From the NCBI GenBank assembly GCA_951406725.2, contig OX597819.1, positions 61,256,001-61,320,000 on the forward strand: a DNA stretch of 64,000 nucleotides, in the 5' to 3' direction. Shown piece by piece: positions 1-11,112 of the stretch. The DNA comes from Octopus vulgaris (lineage: Eukaryota). A program made the translations under genes and the position numbers. The stretch's first letter is position 1; each line of letters starts with the position of its first letter. A model generated the notes under the pieces. The model was given only the letters and a program-made list of their open reading frames with translations, was not told the DNA's origin and ran no database searches.

Positions 1-171
1 AGAACATTAACATATTGGTCTGATGCTATCTTAACTGTTGTTGAAGCTTTATAGACTTATGAATAGCCGATTTTCCAGATGCGTATTCAGTTAAGCTGCC
101 AGGGAAAAAATCTTGAAACGATTAGCTATAATATATGTTGCTTTTAGACTCTCACTTTATCTGCTTTCCGT

Positions 172-175
172 GTGT

Positions 176-251
<76 letters not shown>

Positions 252-260
252 GTGTTTGTT

Positions 261-352
<92 letters not shown>
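172..352. repeat. (GT)n microsatellite
   Basis: Near-perfect GT dinucleotide run with a short interruption at ~250-265. Confidence 0.97.
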
Positions 353-359
<7 letters not shown>

Positions 360-899
360 CTGTTTCTGCCAATATAAAACATTTCTACTTGTCTGTCATG
401 TTGACACGACACACTTTTAAGTCAACCTTTTCACTTTTAATTCCGTTTGTTCCATCAATAGTGTGTAATTGCAATTATGCGATAGCTATAATTTTTTCCT
501 AAGTGAATAAATCATCTGGAAAAGACAGACACAGCTCTTAAATGTTCATAGTTTATTTTCAGACAATTCGTGAGAATCTTTAATTACCGAATATTTCGAT
601 TAGAGGAGCGTTTGGTTGTGGATTATACAAATAAATTTCTGAGATAACTTAAGGAATGAGAATGACAGAAGCGCAAGAATATGAAAGAATACTCCCTTTA
701 TATATATATTACCGTATTTAGTTACACCCCTTTATGTTTTCAGTTCGAATTCCCACCGAGGGTAGTTCTCACTTTCACTCTTTTAGAGCCATAAATTAAG
801 TAACAGTCAAGTACTGTGGTTGCTGATACGATCGATAATTTTTTTACCACGAGTTTGTTGAACTTGTGTCTGTTAGAAAGAATTATGTATGTATGTATG

Positions 900-930
<31 letters not shown>

Positions 931-1034
931 TTATTCAGTTTTATTTCAAGATTTCTTGCCAATAGAGAAAGAGTCGATTTCTAACCTAGATCCAAGGTTC
1001 ATTCACTGGAGTTTCAACAACATCAACAGGATAT

Positions 1035-1270
1035 GTATGCATGTATAGTTAATTCAAACATGAACAAAGAGAAAACACAACAACGCGAGGACGTGGAACA
1101 AGTATAGTGTTATTGGACGCTCACGAAAGGAAAGAAAGATGGAGGATTTAACGTTTCGAGCGGCGCTCTTCGTCAGAAACATAGAAAAAGGAAAGGTCCA
1201 AGGAAGGGAAGATGGAGAAAGAAAATCGCTAACGATACACACGCGGTCACATATTGAAATGACCGGAAGG
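1035..1270 (-). mobile_element. Penelope-like pseudo-LTR unit carrying a hammerhead motif
   Basis: Lies between (TATG)n arrays; the minus strand contains CTGACGA-A-GAGC-gcc-GCTC-GAAACGTT. A related unit occurs twice at 46800-47330. The Penelope assignment is inferred from the known association of such motifs with Penelope-like elements. Confidence 0.55.
1146..1180 (-). ncRNA. Minimal type I hammerhead ribozyme motif
   Basis: Minus strand reads GUUU CUGACGA A GAGC GCC GCUC GAAA CGUU AAAU: conserved CUGANGA and GAAA boxes, 4-bp stem II, palindromic AACGUU at helix III and GUUU/AAAU as helix I. Confidence 0.65.
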
Positions 1271-1659
1271 GAATGGGTGTATGTATGTATGTATGTATGT
1301 ATGTATGTATGTATGTATGTATGTATGTATGTATGTATGTATGTATGTATACGCACACTTTATTTGTGTATGAAGGCTACACTTGGTTTCATTTTAAGGA
1401 ACACCTCAACAGTTATTCAAGCCTATCACATAGAAACATTGGTGTTCGTTTCCATTAAAAAATTTTTGTCCACCAATGCAGTGCTGAGCACTCAATCTCA
1501 TTGTTCGATATTTACGTATGTGTGTGTGTTTGTGTGTGTATATCTGTTTGTCTGTCTCTGTGTTTATGTTTGTATATATATATGTATATATATGCCTCTC
1601 TGTCGGCTACGACGACAAGTGTTCCAGTTGATCCGAACAACGGAACAGCCTGCTCATTA

Positions 1660-2530
1660 AATGCTTTTTAAACCTTTCTGGCATACGTGGAAAACGCTGA
1701 TCATGTTCATCACATGGTGATGGATGACAGACGATTGACTATAAGTCAAAAAGCCAACGCTATTAGCATATCCCGTGAGAAAGTTGTAAACATTCTGCGC
1801 AATGAACTTGTGATGGCGAAGGTTTCTGCTCAGTGGTTGCCACGTTTTCTGACACCTCATCAAAAGCGCACCAAGCTGATCACATCATGGGAAAATCTGA
1901 CATTGTTTGAGGCAGATCCAGCCGGTTTCTTCGGGCATTTCCTAATCCAGGATGATTGTTTGGTTCATCACTTTGAGCCAGATAAAAAAAAGACAATCCA
2001 TGCAGTAGAAATCTCCCCTCTCACCTGCTCCAGGGAAGACCAAAGGTCGTTTCATCTGTAGGGAGGATGATGGCCTCAGTTTTGGGGGATGCAAAAGGCA
2101 TTGTGTTTATTGACTAACTTCAAAAATGACACGCTGCCAAAGGGGAATAGTACTATGCCAATTTGCTGAGGTAGTTACGAAAGGCTCTCAAGACCTAAAG
2201 CCTAGGGAAACTGAAAGAAGGAGCCATGTTCCGTCAGGAAATTTGCTCCGGCACACAACTGCTGTGCGTGACTGTGACTTTGGACTGGTTGATCACTCTC
2301 TGTGTTGTTCTGATTTGGCCCCGTCTTTTCCCGTACATGAAAAAACAATTGACCGGGAAGCAGTATCGCAATGATGACGACATCATATCTGTTGTTGATG
2401 ACTTTTTAGACTAATAACGCGAAAGCTTCTTCACCAATGGGATTCAAGCACTGCAGCACTGATAGAAGAAGCTTGGCCACATTCCATGGGAGCATCTTGA
2501 TCAGCCAATGATCTTTCCAGCCGACCCTCA
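1660..2530 (+). mobile_element. Decayed mariner (Tc1/mariner) DNA transposon, 5'-truncated, right terminus followed by TA
   Basis: Transposase remnant followed by ...CAGCCGACCCTCA|TA, resembling the reverse complement of the mariner end TA|CGAGGG...CTGAAAAG seen at 29920. Confidence 0.85.
1687..2470 (+). pseudogene. Mariner transposase pseudogene (frameshifts and stops)
   Basis: DDRRLTISQ..AISISRE (HTH), KVSAQWLPRFLT (WVPxxL motif), FLIQDDCLVHHFEP (first catalytic D), GDAKGIVFID, FRQE/APAH, CCSDLAPS (decayed YSPDLAPSD), FPYMKKQLTGKQYRNDDDII. Confidence 0.9.
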
Positions 2531-2699
2531 TATATATATTCTTTATTTGTGAATTAAGGCTACCATTGGTTTCATGTTACAACACTAGGATATTTTCCTA
2601 CTTTTCTTAACATGAAACCACTGGTAGACTTAATTAATAAATAAAGAAATTATATATCCACCAATGCGGTGTTGAGCACTCATATCATCGTTCGACATT

Positions 2700-2779
<80 letters not shown>

Positions 2780-2857
2780 AATATTCTATAATTCTAAACA
2801 TAATTATAATCAGGGGTCAGCTAATTGCTTCACCACGCACCGAATTTAGAAACAGGA

Positions 2858-2893
<36 letters not shown>

Positions 2894-2983
2894 TGTATGT
2901 ATGTATGTATGTATTCTTCTGAACCTCGTCTCGAATGTAAAGTGGAAACTCCTCAATTTTTTCCATCTGATTCACTCGTAAAA

Positions 2984-3370
2984 CTAGTTCATTGGTTCAT
3001 TAGGTACGCCAATCAGTCATAATGAACCTAAACTGCATTTTTTTTCTACCCTTCCCCAATATCATATGTTAGTAGGTTAACGTGCCAATTGGTACTCTGC
3101 TTATCGCACAGTCGTTGTCGTCCTAAAGAGGTTTAGGGCAAATAAAGCTTGTATCATTAATCATAAAAGAATGCTGAGATAATTTGTATTCCCTGAAGAC
3201 TACATACAATCATCATAGCATCCTAACTGACACCACCTTAGATATCCATTTATACTACAAGCGTAAATATAGTTCGTATGCAAACCAAATTTCACTGAAA
3301 TGGTAAGTGTCATGAAGCTAAGAAAACACATACAATTCTTGATTACTGAGACCAGCTTTTATTAAGTAGA
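2984..3370 (-). mobile_element. Putative non-autonomous Helitron/Helentron-like element
   Basis: Minus strand starts TCTACTTAATAAAAG and ends with an ATTGG...CCAAT hairpin then CTAG; it sits between T and T with no target duplication. Confidence 0.45.
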
Positions 3371-3699
3371 ACCAAAGTAGGTTCACCTTAGAGGAGTGAT
3401 TATATTTTCAACTAAATGAATTTCTGGTGATTTTATAGAAAGTAGACTCAACAGGCGCCAAGCTTACAAATAAAATAGGCTTGAAACGTATTTCTTAGAA
3501 GATATATTAATAGTTCTTCCTGTACAGAACTAAATCGGTGTCACGAAGGACACGAAAACATCGCCATAATCCTTCATATCCCTTATGCATCACGTCTATG
3601 AAATCCTCTTCCTCCTCCTCCTCTTCCTCCTCTCACTACGCTCCCATATCATCACAATCACCATCATCATCATCATCATCTTGTCGAATAGTAATAACA

Positions 3700-3835
3700 A
3701 TCCTTTCTACCATAAGCACAATGCCCTAAACTTTGGGGGAGGGGCTAAGTCGATTACGTTGACTCCAGTGTTCAAGTGGATCGTATTTTATTGACTCTGA
3801 AAGGATGGAAGACAAAGTGGGCCTCGGCGGAACTT
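3700..3835 (-). mobile_element. SINE family A, partial
   Basis: Reverse complement of the ACTTTG(T)CTTCCATCCTTTC core plus the ...GTAGAAAGGA tail. Confidence 0.75.
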
Positions 3836-3840
3836 GCTCC

Positions 3841-3900
<60 letters not shown>

Positions 3901-3946
3901 TAGCATTGAGGTTACTCCTCCAGAAAATATAGAAGCAAAATAATAA

Positions 3947-4012
<66 letters not shown>
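3841..4012. repeat. (TTA)n and (AAT)n microsatellites
   Basis: Two trinucleotide runs in opposite orientation separated by ~40 bp. Confidence 0.95.
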
Positions 4013-4015
<3 letters not shown>

Positions 4016-4500
4016 ATTGTTTTGTCTTGGTATAAAAGATGGGCTACAGCAAATATTCTGCTCAATATCACAGATTTGCTTGTCAGTTGTTTGACCTTAA
4101 CCAGTTGAGGATGTCCCTTAGTGGCTGACGATATGTGCATCTCTGATCACGAGCAGAAGTAGTGGGGGAGCATCATAGTCATGTGTTGAGAAGGATTCTT
4201 TGGGGTTTGAATAATTCACCTCTGGAAACTTTGGTGTTTCGTTCAACGTCCTTAAAAATAACCCTTATTCAGGGACCTTTTGAGCGGGATGGGTTACTCG
4301 ATCTGAAGAAAATTCTAACTGGGCTCCACCTGCAAGGGCATGTGCTGTTTATCTTGATATGAGATCACCATGTCGCGCACATATGGTTGTGATGCATGTG
4401 CCTGGTGTACCCTTATCAGACGGGTAGTCATGATGGGTATACTGGGCTTCGTATATTTTACCCCAGTGTCACTTTGATGGCATGCTCTGCTCGCTCACTC

Positions 4501-4501
<1 letters not shown>
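4013..4501 (+). mobile_element. ~555-bp (AAT)n-embedded non-coding element F, copy 1 (truncated ~70 bp at its putative 5' end)
   Basis: Aligns by eye with 9518-10050, 38574-39130 and 43342-43880; ends CTCACTCA followed by (AAT)n. Confidence 0.9.
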
Positions 4502-4567
<66 letters not shown>

Positions 4568-4569
4568 TT

Positions 4570-4764
4570 TAAGGAGGCGAGCTGGCGAAATGCTTAGCGG
4601 TATTGCGTCCGTCTTTACGTTCTGAGTTCAAATTCCGCCGAGGTCGACTTTACCTTTTATCCTTTCGGGGTCGATAAAATAAGTACCAGTTGAATACTGG
4701 GTCTATGTAATCGACTCATCCCATCCTTCAAAAGATTGCTATCCTTGTCGCAAAATTCGAAACC

Positions 4765-4815
<51 letters not shown>

Positions 4816-5400
4816 GGCGGCGAGCCGACAGAAACGTTAGCACGCCGGGCGAAATGCTCAGCGGTATTTCGTCTGCCGCTACGTTCTAAGTTCAAATTCC
4901 GCCTAGGTCGACTTTGCCTTTCATCCTTTCGGGGTCGAATAAATAAGTACCAGTTACGCACTGGGGTCGATGTAATCAACTTAATCCGTTTGTCTGCCCT
5001 TGTTTGTCCTTTCTGTGTTTAGCCCCTTGTGGGTAGTAAAGAAATAGGTATTTCGTCTGCTGCTACATTCAGATAGCGCCGAGGTCGACATTGCCTTTTA
5101 TCTTTTTGGGGTCGATAAATTAAGTACCAGTTGAATGTGGGGGTCGATGTGATCGAATGTCCCTCTCCTCACAAAATCCAGGCCTTGTGCCTATAGTAGA
5201 AAGGATTAATAATAACAATAACAACAAAAATAATTTTGGCACAAATCCAGCAATTTCGGTGGAGGGGTAAGTCGATTATATCGACCACAGTGCTCAACTG
5301 GCACTTATTTTATCAACCCCGAAAGGATGGAAGGCAATGTCGGACTTGGCGGAATTGGAACTCAGAAGGTGGAGACCCAGAAGAAACACTGCTAAGTTAG
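4570..5400. mobile_element. Cluster of SINE A copies (4570-4765 +, 4814-5208 + composite, 5235-5400 -)
   Basis: Head AAGGCGGCGAGC(T/C)G(G/A)CAGAAACGTTAG (A-box-like), GAGTTCAAATTCC (B-box), core GTCGACTTTGCCTTTCATCCTTTCGGGGTCGATAAA..AAGTACCAG. Confidence 0.9.
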
Positions 5401-5675
5401 TTTGTATTTTGGTGGTCGAATTCACAATATTAAAATGATTTGACATAGAGAAAAAAATAATGAGTTTGTCGACCATTCAGCCAAATAGATTAGTCCTACC
5501 CACTCAACATCTCTCAGTAAACATATTTTCGTGAAAACCTAACACACTGTTGTAAGCACTTAGCGGCGTCTTTCAACTTTACTTAAGTGTTTTTACTGCT
5601 CTCTCCTGATTTCTTTTATTAGGGACTCCTTAAGCATTTAAAATTGATACCTACTTAACCCCTGCTCCAGTGAAG

Positions 5676-5777
5676 TATTATTATTATTATTATTATTATC
5701 ATCATCATTACTATTATTATTATTATCATCATCATCATCACTATTATTATTATTATCATCATTATCATCATCATTAC

Positions 5778-5808
<31 letters not shown>

Positions 5809-5960
5809 ATTATTATTATTATCATCATCATTACTATTATTATTATTATTATCATCATCATTACTATTATTATTATTATTATTATCATCATCATTACTAT
5901 TATTATTATTATTATCATCATCATTACTATTATTATTATTATTATTATCATCATCATTAC

Positions 5961-5999
<39 letters not shown>

Positions 6000-6041
6000 C
6001 ATCATCATTACTATTATTATTATTATTATCATCATCATTAC

Positions 6042-6074
<33 letters not shown>

Positions 6075-6457
6075 CATCATCATTACTATTATTATTATTA
6101 TTATCATCATCATTACTATTATTATTATTATTATTATTATTATCATCATCATCATCATCATTACTATTATTATTATTATCATTATCATCAGATTACTATT
6201 ATTATTATTATTATCATCATCATTACTATTATTATTATTATTATTATTATTATCATCATCATTACTATTATTATTATTATTATCATCATCATTACTATTA
6301 TTATTATTATTATTATCATCATCATCATCATCATTACTATTATTATTATTATCATTATCATCAGAACTATTATTATTATTATCATCATCATCATTACTAT
6401 TATTATTATTATCATCATCATCACTATTATTATTATTATTATTATCATCATCATTAC

Positions 6458-6493
<36 letters not shown>

Positions 6494-6752
6494 CATCATC
6501 ATTACTATTATTATTATTATTATCATCATCATTACTATTATTATTATTATTATTATTATTATCATCATTACTATTATTATTATTATTATCATCATCATTA
6601 CTATTATTATTATTATTATCATCATCATCATCATCATCATTACTATTATTATTATTATCATTATCATCAGAACTATTATTATTATTATCATCATCATCAT
6701 TACTATTATTATTATTATCATCATCATCATTACTATTATTATTATTATTATT
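5676..6752. repeat. 1.08-kb compound (TAT)n(CAT)3TAC array with higher-order structure
   Basis: Repeating ~30-bp unit CATCATCATTAC(TAT)n; the variant CATTATCATCAGA recurs near 6180, 6355 and 6660. Abuts the LINE 3' end. Confidence 0.95.
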
Positions 6753-8312
6753 CAGTAGTTTTATTTTTATAGCGTGCTTTCACTTCACTACCGAGCGCAG
6801 CTCTGTGTGCCTTGGGTATGTGCTGTGATTTGTTGTGATGCTCTGATGGTTATTGTATGGAAAGTGTTCTGCGTAGGATGTGTGCAGTGCCTAGTAGTGC
6901 AATTTTCTGTATGTTATATGTGTTTGTAAGTCCTAGTGTTTTTGTTATGTATTTGTCTGAATATGTTTTTATCATGCCTAATGCACCTACTATGATAGGA
7001 ATTGTTTCTGTTTTCAGATTCCACATTCTAGTTACCTCTATTTCCAGGTCTTTGTATTTTGAGAGTTTCTCCATTTCTTTTAGAGACACGTTGTCATCAG
7101 CCGGTATTGATACATCAATTAGAAAGCATTTTTTTCTTCATGATCTCTGACAACTATATCTGATCTGTTGGCCTTAATTTCTCTATCTGTGTGTATCGGC
7201 ATATCCCAGAGTATGGTTGCTTTCTCGTTTTCTGTGACCTTTTCTGGTGTGTGCCTATACCATCTTTTTTCTGTTGTTATTCCATAATGTTGGCATAGCT
7301 TCCAATGTATGTAGGTTCCAACTCTGTCATGTCTGTGAATATATTCCTTCTTAGCCAGGACTGGGCAGCTAGAGATAATATGATTTATTGTTTCTTGTCC
7401 ATCTCCACATATTCTGCAGTTACTTGTAATATTTCTTTTCATTACATGTTTTTGGTAATTTCTGGTGGGGAGGCTTTGGTCTTGTGCTGCAATTAAAAAT
7501 CCCTCTGTTTCTGCTTTGAGTCCTGAGCTTCTCAACCATTGCTGGGATTTTTCTTTGTCTATTTCTTTTGCGTTTAGTTTAGTCCAGTATTTACCATGAA
7601 GGGGCTTTTCTTGCCATCGTTTTATCATGGTTCGTTGCTGTTCTATTTTTAGTTTGGATTTCATTTGTTTTATAGCTTTTGTTGTTTCTTCATCTTCTTC
7701 TTCTTCTTCGTGTTTATTAGGTGGTATGATTTCTTGTTTGTATTTGTCAGCTTCCTTAAATACTGAGAATAGTTTTTTGTTTTGCTCGTGTTTTGCCGCT
7801 ATCTGGATCAGTTTTCCTTCCTTCTGAAGTAGATATTTTTGCAGTCCTATGGTGGTTATTTTATAGTAATTTTCCAGCTGTATAAGGCCTCTACCACCTT
7901 CTATGCGTTGTATATATAGTCTTTCTATGTCAGATTTTGGGTGATGCATCCTAGATCCTGTCATTATTTTTCTTGTTTTCCTATCTATTTTGGTCAGTTC
8001 ATTTCGTGTCCAGTTAAGGATATTGTAGCTGTAACTTATAACTGGGACAGCTAAAGTGTTGATACCTATTATCTTGTTTTTAGCATTGAGCTCTGTGTTT
8101 AGTATTGATCTAACTCGTCTATAATATTCTTTTTTTATTTTCTCTTTCATTTGCGTGTGTTGTGTCTTATCTAGTTCATGGATTCCTAAGTATTTGTAAG
8201 TTTGGCTTTGGTCTAATTCTTTTATTTCATTGGTTTTATCTAGTGTGATGTTGTTACTCTTAACTAGTTTTCCTCTTTTCATGGTTACTTTGGCGCATTT
8301 TTCTAATCCAAA
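6753..8312 (-). mobile_element. 5'-truncated R4/Dong-clade non-LTR retrotransposon (RT C-terminus, CCHC finger, RLE endonuclease, 3' UTR)
   Basis: FGLEKCAKV, YKYLGI, CRICGDGQETINHIISSC (CCHC), RHDRV, ILWDMPIHTDREIKANRSDIVV, LIDVSIP, EKLSKYKDL, IQKIALLGTAHILRR; ~100-nt 3' UTR; (TAA)n on both sides in element sense. Confidence 0.93.
6850..8312 (-). pseudogene. RT/RLE polyprotein fragment with one frameshift at the T7 run 7129-7135
   Basis: ORFs 7119-8282 and 6850-7089 join as ...DHEEKKCFLIDVSIPADDNVSLKEMEK... if one A is restored; the usual RPD reads RSD. Confidence 0.88.
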
Positions 8313-8342
8313 TTATTATTATTATTATCATCATTATTATCG

Positions 8343-8379
<37 letters not shown>

Positions 8380-8380
8380 C

Positions 8381-8412
<32 letters not shown>

Positions 8413-8447
8413 CATCATTATCATCATTATTATTATTATTATTATTA
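8312..8447. repeat. (TTA/CAT)n microsatellite at the LINE 5' junction
   Basis: Direct observation. Confidence 0.95.
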
Positions 8448-8655
8448 GGGCGGCGAGCTGGAAGAATCGGACGAAATGCCTAGCAGTATTTCACTCGTCA
8501 CTATACGTTCAGGATTGAAATTTCGCTAAGGTCGACTTTGCCTTTCATCCTTTCAGGGTTGATAAATTAAGTACCAGTGAAACACTGGGGTCGATCTAAT
8601 CGACTAGTCCCCTCCCCACAAATTTCAGGCCTTGTGCCTTTAGTAGAAAGGATTA

Positions 8656-8695
<40 letters not shown>

Positions 8696-8897
8696 AGCCA
8701 GTGAGCTGGCAGAATCGTAAGCATTTCGGGTAAATTGCTTAGCAGCATTTCGCCCGTCACTACGTTCCGAGTTCAAATTCCGCCGAGGTCGACTTTGCCT
8801 TTCAACCTTTTGGGGTCGATAAAATAAGTACCAGTTGAACAGTGGGGTCGTTGTAATCGACTCATCCCCAAGCTACCCTTGGGGCAAAAATTTGGAA

Positions 8898-8900
<3 letters not shown>
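8447..8900 (+). mobile_element. Two head-to-tail SINE A copies separated by (ATT)n
   Basis: Family A head and core at 8447-8652 and 8695-8900; the first ends GTAGAAAGGATTATC(ATT)n. Confidence 0.88.
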
Positions 8901-8938
<38 letters not shown>

Positions 8939-8961
8939 ATAATAATAATAATAATAATAAT

Positions 8962-9435
8962 AGACCAGAGAGATAGAGAGAGTAGATGAAGAAAATTTGA
9001 CAGAACAAAAAGATGCACAGTCAGTTCTTGAAGAATAAGGATGAGATTGATTGGAATATAACCTGGCAATGGGTGCAGAAAGGAGACTTAAAAGGGCCCA
9101 CTGAGACATTAGTGTGCAGTGCTCAAGAACAAGCTCTCAGAACAAACTACTCCAAATATCACATTGATACAAGCACTGACTCGCCTCAGTGTAGGATGTG
9201 CCTTGAGAAGGGAGAAAGTATAAGCAATATTGTTAATGAGTGCTGTAAGCTGCTGTCAGGCTCGAGGCGATCCAGAAGACAACATTGTTGGGTACAGCAT
9301 GCATTCTAAGGAGAATATTGTCTCTTTAAGTCACAGGAGAAGGTAATACGTGAAACCTTTGGTGATTTGTTACTGCCTGCTTTCAAGTAAAGAATAACCG
9401 GTAATTAAAAACTATCCGAGAGTCTTTCAGAACAA
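8962..9435 (+). mobile_element. Internally deleted R4/Dong-like LINE remnant (a second, diverged family)
   Basis: MHSQF..WQWVQKGDLKGPTETLVCSAQEQALRTN..CRMCLEKGESISNIVNEC, then a jump to the C-terminal IQKTTLLGTACILRRILSL* in another frame; preceded by (AAT)n. Confidence 0.85.
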
Positions 9436-9443
9436 CAACAACA

Positions 9444-9493
<50 letters not shown>

Positions 9494-9517
9494 CATCATC
9501 ATCATCATCATCATCAC

Positions 9518-10050
9518 TGAGTGAGAGAGCAGTGCATGCCATCAAAGTGACACTGGGGTAAATTATACGAAGCCCAGTATACCCATCATGACTACCCGTC
9601 TGATAAGAGTACACCAGGCACATGCATCACAACCATATGTGCACGACATGATCTCATATCAAGATAAATAGCACATGACCTTGCAGGTGGGGCCCAGTTC
9701 GAATTTTCTTCAGGTTGAATAGCCCATTCCGCTCAAAAGGTCCCTGAATAAGGATTGTTTAAGGATGTTGAACGAAACATCCTTGTTTCCAGGGGTGAAT
9801 TATTCAAACCCCAAAGAATCCCTCTAAACACGTGGCTATGATGCTCCCCTACTACTTCTGCTCATGATCAGAGATGCACATATCGTCAGCCACTAAGGGG
9901 TATGGTCAACTGGTTAAGGTCAAACAACTGACAAGTAAATCTGTGGTATTGAGCAGAATATTTGCTGTAGCCAATCTTTTATACCAAGACAAAACAATGT
10001 ACGTGATAACACTTCCAATCAGTTAAGATCAGAAGCCATGAGAGCCACTG
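9518..10050 (-). mobile_element. Element F, copy 2
   Basis: Begins TGAGTGAGAGAGCAGTGCATGCCATCAAAG after a (TTA/CAT)n run; lacks ~20 bp at the putative 5' end. Confidence 0.9.
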
Positions 10051-10754
10051 GGAGGAAGGGTATCATTTTTCTTTAGAAATGTAAATAAACCCTATCTGTT
10101 TATTAAACGAATATATAATATGTAATGTGTGTATCTGTGCAACATAGAGGGAAATTAAAACTGCATATGTTGTGAACTTAGAATATGTGTTTATTAATAA
10201 AAAGTTTAATAACGATAATCTTTTATTTATACGAACGTAACTGATATGAAATATGTCATAAATAACAGTGACATTTTATATGACACTGCAAATAATTGTT
10301 GTTGAAAAAGATCCGGAAAATTGTATTCACCTCAATAGACGTCATTGATTGGTTGAAATTGCCGAAATGCAAGAAATTAAACAACAAATAGCTTACAAAC
10401 TACAGAATTTTCTCAAGAAAGCCAAGAGAAAAAGATGTTTTATAAACACATTCTACCAGTATACGAAGTTTAAAAGTGTTTAGTTACAAAGAAATTATTT
10501 TAAATATCTGCCGGTCAAAGCGAAAAGATCCTTAGAATATCCCTATGAGATCGCTGGTATTCTTTTTGTTTTTTGACACATTAAACGTAGTTGGACAACC
10601 TTGATATTTGAGTAAAAAAGAGAGATTATGAGTGATGAAATAATGAAAGCAATATTTACTAAGCAAGTGAGCACTATAATACAAGAAAATAATTAGACTT
10701 AAAATATCATAAGAATTATTAGAATTGAGAATCAAATGTGGAAATATTATCAAG

Positions 10755-10796
10755 TGGCTAGTAGGAAACCGTGGAAACTAAAAGAAATCCGTCGTG

Positions 10797-10875
<79 letters not shown>

Positions 10876-11112
10876 GTGTGTATGTGTGTGTGTGTTTGTG
10901 TATATGTTTGTGTGCCTGAGTTTGTTCCCTCACCATCGCTTGACAACCGATGTTAGTGTGTTTACGTACCCGTAACTTAGTAGTTTGGCAAAAGAGGCTA
11001 GTAGAATAAGTACTAAGCTTACAAAGAATAAGTCCTGGGATCGATTTGCTCGAATAAAGGCGCTGCTCCAGCATGGCCGCAGTCAAAGGAATGAAACAAG
11101 TAAAAGAATAAA
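10755..11112 (+). mobile_element. SINE family B (internal microsatellite), 5'-truncated
   Basis: GGAAACTAAAAGAAATCCGTCG-(TA)n(TG)n-CATCGCTTGACAACCGATG...GCATGGCCGCAGTCAAA..GAAACAAGTAAAAGA, matching 19404-19826. Confidence 0.88.

Noticed and set aside
113-502. Low-complexity ORFs (CV, HT, YI, MYVC, SIYL repeats) throughout the window
   Set aside because: They are translations of microsatellites that lack stops by construction, with no domain content.
4120-4170. CTGACGA within element F as a hammerhead core
   Set aside because: No GAAA box after a credible stem II (GAAG only) and no helix III.
4570-5400. Regularly recurring core sequence suggesting a CRISPR-like array
   Set aside because: These are dispersed SINE copies with tRNA-like heads and tails; spacing is irregular, there are no cas genes and the context is eukaryotic.
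5655-6758. 362-aa Tyr/His/Ile-rich ORF
   Set aside because: It is a trinucleotide array reading open; no evidence of coding function.
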